Under the pieces are notes generated by a model, which worked only from the letters and a program-made list of their open reading frames with translations, was not told the origin of the DNA and did no database searches. 64,000 nucleotides of DNA, taken from contig CAXXLV010000001.1 in NCBI GenBank assembly GCA_963664305.2, forward strand, positions 128,001-192,000. The letters are read 5' to 3'. Below, piece after piece: positions 57,259-64,000 of the stretch (the stretch's first letter is position 1; every line of letters begins with the position of its first letter). The stretch is from an uncultured Aliarcobacter sp. Its GTDB lineage: Bacteria; Campylobacterota; Campylobacteria; Campylobacterales; Arcobacteraceae. A program made the translations under genes and the position numbers.

Positions 57259-57528
57259 TTATTTTAAATCTAAAAGTTCCTTTGCTTTATCTGTTGAGAT
57301 TACCTCACCTGTTTCTAATCTAGCTACTAAACCATCTTCTTCTAGTTTCTTAACAAATCTAGACACAACTGGCTGTGCTAAAGTTAATCCAAAACTTATC
57401 TCTGTGATTTTCTTAGCTCCATGGTCTATTAAATAACACATAATAGCTATATCTCTTACTGTTGCTCTTGGGTCATACTCTTTATCTAGTCTCTGACATA
57501 AAACTAATAACTCCCTTGCCTTCATCAT
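57259..57528 (-). CDS. Small MarR-like winged-helix DNA-binding protein
   Basis: ITEISFGLTLAQPVVSRFVKKLEEDGLVAR HTH-wing pattern; AAGGAG RBS. Confidence 0.78.
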   Translation of the reverse strand: MMKARELLVLCQRLDKEYDPRATVRDIAIMCYLIDHGAKKITEISFGLTLAQPVVSRFVKKLEEDGLVARLETGEVISTDKAKELLDLK

Positions 57529-57692
57529 AATATTCTCCTTTATTATAAAAATGAAAGTAATATTAAAAAATAGTGACTTAAAATTAAATAGAAAAGGATT
57601 GTTTTTGTATTTAAGGGAATTCGGTAATTGTTAAAAAGATTGTATTTTAATATTAAAAAGTTATTGTTTTTGGAAATAAGCTCTGATTGATT

Positions 57693-57712
57693 TTTGTACT
57701 CGCATTTGTACT
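57693..57712 (+). repeat. TTTGTACT x2 (12-bp period), arm-site-like
   Basis: Directly visible about 50 bp inside the att copy. Confidence 0.55.
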
Positions 57713-57757
57713 TTCGGATTTTCCGTTTTAGAAAAACCTTCAAGAAGCTCGATTTTA

Positions 57758-57803
57758 TGGTGGTCATGAAGGACTCGAACCTTCGACCACTCGGTTATGA
57801 GCC
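57758..57803 (-). repeat. 46-bp duplicate of the tRNA 3' half (att site)
   Basis: Identical to 57928-57974 except one deleted G; spans anticodon loop to CCA. Confidence 0.93.
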
Positions 57804-57866
57804 AGTCTTAAAAATAGGCTTGTTATCGTACTTTTAATAAACAATTGAAAGACATAAAAATATCAT

Positions 57867-57887
57867 AATGTACCTTCCAATGTACCT
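57867..57887 (+). repeat. AATGTACCT x2 (12-bp period), arm-site-like
   Basis: Directly visible in the 124-bp spacer between att copy and tRNA. Confidence 0.6.
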
Positions 57888-57927
57888 AAAATTAAATAAT
57901 ACTTGTTGTTGATTGTTCATAATTAAG

Positions 57928-58004
57928 TGGTGGGTCATGAAGGACTCGAACCTTCGACCACTCGGTTATGAGCCGAGTGCTCTAACCAGCTGAGCTAATG
58001 ACCC
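57928..58004 (-). tRNA. tRNA with CAT anticodon, probably tRNA-Ile2 (lysidine)
   Basis: Cloverleaf GGGTCATTAGCTCAG...CTCATAA...CCA; fMet and another CAT tRNA already present at 11.7 kb; Ile2 identity is inference. Confidence 0.9.
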
Positions 58005-58010
58005 ACTTAA

Positions 58011-58101
58011 TGGCGGACAGTGAGGGATTTGAACCCTCGGTACCGTTGCCAGTACGTCTCCTTAGCAGGGAGGTGGTTTCAGCCAGCTCACCCAACTGTC
58101 C
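58011..58101 (-). tRNA. tRNA-Ser(GCT)
   Basis: Long variable arm, anticodon GCT, G73 discriminator, CCA. Confidence 0.96.
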
Positions 58102-58191
58102 GTTGTTGAGATGATTTTATTATCATAAAATCAGGACGGTGATTATAATAGTATGTCACTTAAAACATTCTTAAAATTTAAAGAAGAGAAA

Positions 58192-58878
58192 TTAAATATT
58201 TTTCAATATCTCTTCTACAACTTTTTTAGGATTATCTGACTTATAAATTGGTCTTCCAACAACAATAAAATCTACTAAATTTTCTTTTGCATATGGAATA
58301 TCAGCTACTCTTTTTTGGTCTCCACTATCTTCACCAAAAGGACGAATTCCAGGGCAAAGAGTAATAAACTCTTTTGAAGTATTATTTTTGATATCTAAAC
58401 TTTCAAATGCTGAACAAACAACTCCATCTATTCCTGATTCAAATGTATCAATTGCAAATTGTGTTGCTTTTGTACTTATATCTTCGTTGTAGATTGCTTT
58501 AAAACTATCATTATCAAAAGATGTAAGCGCTGTTACAGCTAATACTAAAGGTTTATTAGGGATATCTTTTATTCTATTTATAACTGTTTTCATAGCTTCA
58601 ACACCTGAACTTGCGTGAACATTAAACATATCTACAAGTCCAAAATTAGCTATTTCTTCTGCAGCATCAGCCATAGTATTTGGAATATCATAAAGTTTCA
58701 AATCTAAAAAGATTTTAAAATTTGGATTTATAGCTTTTAAATCTTCTAAAAATTTTTTACCATCTCTTATATAACTTCTAAATCCTACTTTTAGCCAAAC
58801 ATCGAAATCTTTTATTTGTTTAACTAATTCAAGATTTTGTTCAGCTGTTGCTAAATCTAAAGAAACACATAATTTCAT
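58192..58878 (-). CDS. pyrF: Orotidine-5'-phosphate decarboxylase
   Basis: FLDLKLYDIPNT, PGIRP, DQKRV, VVGRPI. Confidence 0.97.
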   Translation of the reverse strand: MKLCVSLDLATAEQNLELVKQIKDFDVWLKVGFRSYIRDGKKFLEDLKAINPNFKIFLDLKLYDIPNTMADAAEEIANFGLVDMFNVHASSGVEAMKTVINRIKDIPNKPLVLAVTALTSFDNDSFKAIYNEDISTKATQFAIDTFESGIDGVVCSAFESLDIKNNTSKEFITLCPGIRPFGEDSGDQKRVADIPYAKENLVDFIVVGRPIYKSDNPKKVVEEILKNI

Positions 58879-58880
58879 AT

Positions 58881-59276
58881 TTAAGCCTTCACAACTTTAT
58901 CAAGTAATCCATTTACAAATTTTGGAGCACCATCACTTGCTAATTTTTTTGATAATTCAATTGCTTCATTTATAACAACTGCTTTTGGTAAATCTTCAAA
59001 TAAAATTTCAAAAATTGCTAATCTTAAAATTGATTTTTCAACAGAACCTATATCTTCTAAAGTTCCTTGATTTAAATGACTAATTATTTCAGCATTAATT
59101 TTTTCTAAATTTTCTATAGTTCCATTAAATAATCTTAAAGCAAACTCTTTTTGGTTATTTCTTATTTTTTTCTCTTCTAAAATTTCATCAAGAAATTTTG
59201 CAATTCCTTCATTTCCTAAATCATAAGCGTACAATAAACCAATTACAGACTCTCTTGCTTGTGTTCTAGTTGCCAA
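58881..59276 (-). CDS. nusB: Transcription antitermination factor NusB
   Basis: TRTQARE, EKSILRL, VINEAIELSK, FVNGLLD. Confidence 0.96.
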   Translation of the reverse strand: MATRTQARESVIGLLYAYDLGNEGIAKFLDEILEEKKIRNNQKEFALRLFNGTIENLEKINAEIISHLNQGTLEDIGSVEKSILRLAIFEILFEDLPKAVVINEAIELSKKLASDGAPKFVNGLLDKVVKA

Positions 59277-59278
59277 AT

Positions 59279-59749
59279 CTATTTCCCCATTTCATTATAT
59301 AAGTCTAACATTTCAATGATTGTAACCATTGCTTCTGCACCTTTATTTCCAACTTTTGAACCAGCTCTTTCAATTGCTTGTTCAATTGTATCTGTTGTTA
59401 AAACTCCATTAGAAACAGGTTTTCCATATTTTAAACCAACAGTTGCAATTCCTTTTGTAGCTTCTGCAGAAATATAATCAAAATGAGGTGTTGCACCACG
59501 AATAACTGCACCAACACAACATACTGCATCATATTTTCCACTTGATAATGCTTTTTCTAAAGCAAATGGAATCTCAAAAGCACCAGGAACTAAAATTAAA
59601 TCTAAATTATCTACATTTCCACCATGTCTTTTGAAAGCATCTTGTGCACCTTCTACTAATCTATCAGTAATTATATGGTTAAATCTACCATTTATAATTG
59701 CAATTTTCTCTGTCCCTTTTAATCTTAAAACACCTTCAATTACTTTCAT
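59279..59749 (-). CDS. ribH: Lumazine synthase
   Basis: [27 protein letters not shown]. Confidence 0.97.
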   Translation of the reverse strand: MKVIEGVLRLKGTEKIAIINGRFNHIITDRLVEGAQDAFKRHGGNVDNLDLILVPGAFEIPFALEKALSSGKYDAVCCVGAVIRGATPHFDYISAEATKGIATVGLKYGKPVSNGVLTTDTIEQAIERAGSKVGNKGAEAMVTIIEMLDLYNEMGK

Positions 59750-59778
59750 CTAATTCTCCAAATTTTTCTAAATAGTTA

Positions 59779-60579
59779 TTAATTATACCCTAAAGCATCT
59801 TGTATTGCAAAAATGTCACCAACAAGCTTATACATATCATCTACTTTAAGCATATTTGGTCCATCACTAAGTGCTACTGATGGATCAATATGTGTTTCAA
59901 AGAAGAAACCATCAACACCTACAGCGGCTGCTGCTTTTGCCATTGTTGGAACAAATGCAGAATTTCCTCCAGTAGTTCCACCCGTACTTGGGATTTGAAC
60001 AGAGTGTGTTGCATCAAAAATAACTGGTGCATATTGTTTTAATAAAACTAAATTTCTCATATCAACTACTAAAGCACCATATCCAAAAGTATTTCCTCTT
60101 TCACAAAGCCATACTCCAGCTTTTTCAGAGTTTTCATAACTTACTTCTGTTATTCCTCTTGTATTTAAGATTTTTTCAACAGGATGTTTCATAGCGTCTG
60201 CTGCTAAGAATTGTCCTTTTTTAATATTTATTTTTGCCGGCGTTTTTGCAGCAGCAACTAATAAATCAGTTTGTCTACATAAAAAAGCAGGGATTTGTAA
60301 AATATCAATAACTTCACCAGCTGGTGCTGCCTGATATGATTCATGAATATCTGTTACAACTTTATATCCAAATTGTTTTTTTATTTCTTCAAATATTTTT
60401 AATCCCTCATCAAGTCCTGGTCCTCTAAATGAACTTATACTTGTTCTATTTGCTTTATCAAATGAAGCTTTAAAATAAAATTCAACTCTTTTATCTTCAC
60501 TCAATGGTTTTAATTTTTCAGCAATTCTCATTACTGTATCTCTATCTTCAAGTACACAAGGTCCCGTTAAAATTTTCAT
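59779..60579 (-). CDS. kdsA: KDO8P synthase
   Basis: GPCVLE, KASFDKANRTS, PAFLCRQTDL, KKGQF, DATHSVQ, SDG. Confidence 0.97.
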   Translation of the reverse strand: MKILTGPCVLEDRDTVMRIAEKLKPLSEDKRVEFYFKASFDKANRTSISSFRGPGLDEGLKIFEEIKKQFGYKVVTDIHESYQAAPAGEVIDILQIPAFLCRQTDLLVAAAKTPAKINIKKGQFLAADAMKHPVEKILNTRGITEVSYENSEKAGVWLCERGNTFGYGALVVDMRNLVLLKQYAPVIFDATHSVQIPSTGGTTGGNSAFVPTMAKAAAAVGVDGFFFETHIDPSVALSDGPNMLKVDDMYKLVGDIFAIQDALGYN

Positions 60580-62264
60580 AAAATTCCTTTTAAAATTGTT
60601 TGTTTTTCTTTACCTGTTAATGCATAATAAAATTCATAAATATTTTTACAGATATATTCAATATCATTTTTTGCGTGTTCATCACAAGCAAGTAAGATTT
60701 TATCGCCTATTTTTATCTCTGTTTCCCATTCAGGGAGAAGCATTATATCATTTTCTCGTTGAAGTAACAAAGGCACAACATTATTTCTTAACTCTTTATT
60801 ATGTAATGAAATACCAAACAGACTTAAAAAAAGTGATTGATTTTTCAATAAATAGTTGTAAACCTCAGGAGCATAAAGCTCTGAAATTTCAAATTCAATT
60901 AACAATGGTTTTTCATCTATTTCTCTTACTAATCTACTTACTAATTTTGATGCCCATTCATTATCTTTCTTAATTATTAATCTCAAAAACTTATCACTTA
61001 ACGGCATAACTAAAGCATTTGTAATTTTATTTACTAAGATTTTTGATGGAGTAAAAATATGATTTATATTTGCATTTCTAAATAAAAAATCATCTATCAT
61101 CTCATTTTCTCTAACAATAGTTACAATATGTGGATTTAATTTCTTTGCAGTTGCTAAAATAGATAAGTTTGTAGTATCATCATCAGTAACAGCTGCAATT
61201 GCAACAGCTTCTTTTATACCAATATTTAACAATAACTCTTTATCATCTGCATTTCCATAAACAATATTTGAAATCTCATCTTTTGAATATTCAACATTTT
61301 TATTTTTGTCAATTTCAATTAATTTAACACCAATATCATTTTCATTTAATTTTTCAAAAATCTTTCTTCCCATTCTTCCATAACCGCAAACAATATATAG
61401 TCCTTTGGGGAAAATTGGTAAAGATGCATTTAAATTATCAATTCCATAAAGCCATTTTTCAAGTTTGAATAGATTTGGAGACCAAAGAGCGAGATTTATT
61501 TCAGAAGAAATAATTGAAAAAGGATTTACAACAATCTCAGCATCTAAATCTTTTAGATTTTCTGTATGATTAGTTGTTGTTGATTTAACTGCCACTTTTA
61601 TATTTTTATTTAAAGCTTTTGCAATAAGTGTAATTTTTAAATTTAAAGCATCATCTTCAAATAAAGAAACAATAGCTTTACAATTTCTTTTTTTTAATCC
61701 AGCAATTTCCAAAACTTTTACAGAATAACTTTCACTATATAAAACAGGAACTGTTGGAGTAAAATTTTCCAATATTAAATTATGAATTTTTATTTTATCT
61801 TTTTCAATTACAACTGTTCTAAGACCCTGTTCCATTGCTTTCATGATTATTTTTCTAGTAATTTGGTTATAACCTAAAACTACAATAAACTTTTCATTTA
61901 AGTTCTTCACTTGTCTTAAAAACTTTGCTTTTTCAATCTCTTGCAAAAACTGTTTGTCTTGAAATAAAGAGATTAAAGAACCAATACTATAAAACCAACC
62001 AAGAACAGTTAAATAAATAGAAAACGTAACCCAAATTCTTTGAGGATAAGAGAAAGTAAAAGGTGTTTCTCCAAATCCTATTGTTGTTGCTGTATAAGAA
62101 ATAAAATAAAAAGCATCAAATATTGTCATTTTATAAGGATTCCCATTTGCATCAACACCATCTATTAGTATTAATCCTAAAATAGAAATTGTATAAGTAA
62201 TTAAAATTACTAAAAAAGGTCTCCTCATTTTTTGTAAAATGATAAATAATGAATTATTTCTCAA
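60576..62264 (-). CDS. Potassium channel protein with RCK/TrkA domains
   Basis: Two TMs around TATTIGFGE filter; two Rossmann-like RCK domains (CGYGRMG). Confidence 0.88.
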   Translation of the reverse strand: MRNNSLFIILQKMRRPFLVILITYTISILGLILIDGVDANGNPYKMTIFDAFYFISYTATTIGFGETPFTFSYPQRIWVTFSIYLTVLGWFYSIGSLISLFQDKQFLQEIEKAKFLRQVKNLNEKFIVVLGYNQITRKIIMKAMEQGLRTVVIEKDKIKIHNLILENFTPTVPVLYSESYSVKVLEIAGLKKRNCKAIVSLFEDDALNLKITLIAKALNKNIKVAVKSTTTNHTENLKDLDAEIVVNPFSIISSEINLALWSPNLFKLEKWLYGIDNLNASLPIFPKGLYIVCGYGRMGRKIFEKLNENDIGVKLIEIDKNKNVEYSKDEISNIVYGNADDKELLLNIGIKEAVAIAAVTDDDTTNLSILATAKKLNPHIVTIVRENEMIDDFLFRNANINHIFTPSKILVNKITNALVMPLSDKFLRLIIKKDNEWASKLVSRLVREIDEKPLLIEFEISELYAPEVYNYLLKNQSLFLSLFGISLHNKELRNNVVPLLLQRENDIMLLPEWETEIKIGDKILLACDEHAKNDIEYICKNIYEFYYALTGKEKQTILKGIL

Positions 62265-62274
62265 AATTTAATCT

Positions 62275-62652
62275 TTATCTTTTTGATTTTAATGTATCGC
62301 CAACATAAAGTGCAACTGAAGTAATATTTGCCAACAATGCACCACCAGATAAAGAAACTATTCCAGCCATTATTTCTGGATTCATACCTGTTGTGTAAAC
62401 TGCAATTGTCCAAACAACAGCAGCTGCAATCAGCTGAATATCTGCAACTAAAGAAGTTGCAAGTAAAACTGAACCTAATTGAGTTTTATCACCTAATTTT
62501 AAAATCGTTGCTATTAGATTTATAACAATTGCTGCAAATAATTCATATTTACTATGACTTTCTATTACGTGAATTTCTCCATAAAAAAATCCAAAATTTA
62601 GCGTCATTGCTAAAATTATAAAAAATCCTGAAATAACCTTATCTAAGTTCAT
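62275..62652 (-). CDS. Conserved small membrane protein
   Basis: Four hydrophobic segments; start at 62652 after GGAGG; between FMN enzyme and K+ channel. Confidence 0.7.
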   Translation of the reverse strand: MNLDKVISGFFIILAMTLNFGFFYGEIHVIESHSKYELFAAIVINLIATILKLGDKTQLGSVLLATSLVADIQLIAAAVVWTIAVYTTGMNPEIMAGIVSLSGGALLANITSVALYVGDTLKSKR

Positions 62653-64000
62653 GATATTCATCCTCCATATCTTTTCCAATTTTTAACTTTCTTTTAAATA
62701 CCTCATCCATATTATCAAATACTCTTGAGTTTTTATCTACAAAAATTAATCTATGTTTATTTAATTGGCTTATCTTTTTTAATCCCATAATTGCTAATAA
62801 ACCTTTTACATTTTTTAGTAAATTTTTATGATAATTTGATACATAATTTGCATGTTTAAATACAAAATATTTTCTTCTTTTTTTTATATTTTGTGTTGCC
62901 AAACCAACTGGACACTCTCGTCCTGTTGTTCCAGAACAATATCTTGCTCTAATGCACCCTGCACTCATCATAAAACCACGAGCAATTTGAACAAAATCTG
63001 CTCCTAAACTCATAATTATAACTATATCATCAGGTGTTAATATTTTACCACTTGCTATAATTTTTATTTTATCTCTTATTCCATAATCACTTAAAACTTT
63101 ATCTACTAAATAAATAGAATCTCTTATTTCAAGACCAACTCTTTCCATCATTTCAAGAGGTGCAGTGGCACTTCCTCCACTTCCTCCATCAATAGTGATA
63201 AAATCAGGATAAGCATCATTTCCTAAGTCTATTCTTCTTTTTATCTCTTTTGCATATGGTTCAATATTTTCTAAATCTGAAATTACGATTTTCATACCTA
63301 CAGGTTTTTCTGAAAGTTTTTGTAATTCACCTATAAAATCAAACAACTCTTCTATTGAATTTCCATAAGGAAATCTATTTGGAGAAAAAACATCTTTATA
63401 AGCTTCAACATTTCTATAATATGCAACAGCAGGTGTTACTTTGTGGCCTGCAAGTTTTCCCCCTGTTTGTTTTGCACCTTGAGCTATTTTGATTTCTGTC
63501 ATTCGACAAAATCTCATAACTTTTTGATATCTTAAAGGATCAAAATTACCTTGTTTATCTCTAGCACCATATAATCCTGAACTTATTTGAAACACAATAT
63601 CAGGCATATCAGATGGAACATCTTTTGGAAAGTTTTCTAAAGGAGCTTCCCAATTTGGTCTAAAAAATTGTTTTTTCTTTAAATCTAAAATATATGTTTC
63701 AGCTTCTGGGTCATTTTTAAAAACCAATTTTCTATATACTTCAGCTGCTAAAGCTCCATTAAAAAAGAATTTTGCAATTTTTTTGAAAGTTTTATTTAAT
63801 GAAGAACTATCAACAACTGTCATAAATGATGAATCATAACTCTCATATGTAGTAAAGAAATTTGATGTAACTCCACCCTCACCTGAATTTATAGGAAAAC
63901 CTCCTAAATATGCACCTTGAACAAATGCTCGTGTACCTTCAGGAGAAATAGAACCATCACTCATGGCAGACCTTGCAATAATACTTTTTGCTTTAAAAGG
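62639..64000 (-). CDS. FMN-binding glutamate synthase family protein, 5' end outside window
   Basis: SAMSDGSIS, NSGEGG, EIKIAQGAK, DGGSGGS, Cys cluster CIRARYC...CPVG; frame stays open to 64000. Confidence 0.9.
   Translation of the reverse strand, partial: PFKAKSIIARSAMSDGSISPEGTRAFVQGAYLGGFPINSGEGGVTSNFFTTYESYDSSFMTVVDSSSLNKTFKKIAKFFFNGALAAEVYRKLVFKNDPEAETYILDLKKKQFFRPNWEAPLENFPKDVPSDMPDIVFQISSGLYGARDKQGNFDPLRYQKVMRFCRMTEIKIAQGAKQTGGKLAGHKVTPAVAYYRNVEAYKDVFSPNRFPYGNSIEELFDFIGELQKLSEKPVGMKIVISDLENIEPYAKEIKRRIDLGNDAYPDFITIDGGSGGSATAPLEMMERVGLEIRDSIYLVDKVLSDYGIRDKIKIIASGKILTPDDIVIIMSLGADFVQIARGFMMSAGCIRARYCSGTTGRECPVGLATQNIKKRRKYFVFKHANYVSNYHKNLLKNVKGLLAIMGLKKISQLNKHRLIFVDKNSRVFDNMDEVFKRKLKIGKDMEDEYHELR

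Noticed and set aside
57543..57767. 74-aa ORF in the track
   Set aside because: Its ATG comes from the tRNA-derived repeat; low-complexity product
54496..57927. Integrase, rep, T4SS or prophage genes near the att site
   Set aside because: No such ORF or recognisable remnant was visible; a degraded fragment cannot be excluded without tblastn

Overview
Very AT-rich bacterial chromosome window. Gene content and the kdsA-ribH-nusB-pyrF synteny suggest Campylobacterota, probably Arcobacter/Aliarcobacter (inference). There are three zones. (1) 0.6-11.4 kb, + strand: a signalling cluster with two histidine kinases, a response regulator, a soluble MCP plus stand-alone Aer-type PAS protein, an HD-GYP phosphodiesterase and a GGDEF cyclase, followed by five tRNAs on the - strand. 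(2) 12-57.9 kb, - strand: a ~40 kb surface-glycan locus covering the pseudaminic acid pathway, the 2,3-diacetamido-uronic acid pathway, two initiating transferases, ABC and Wzx/Wzy export and two O-acyltransferases. It is preceded by a MarR-like/MobC/relaxase mobilisation module. (3) 57.9-64 kb: two tRNAs and housekeeping genes. Main finding: the glycan locus plus mob module (~44 kb, 13716-57776) is bracketed by direct copies of the 3' part of the CAT-anticodon tRNA at 57928-58004. Each copy has paired GTACY repeats resembling integrase arm sites, and no integrase is present. The left copy abuts a 52-codon remnant of a second pglF/wbpM allele. This looks like an integrase-less, relaxase-mobilisable glycan cassette that replaced a resident locus at a tRNA hotspot. 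All calls are by eye; no database searches were run.
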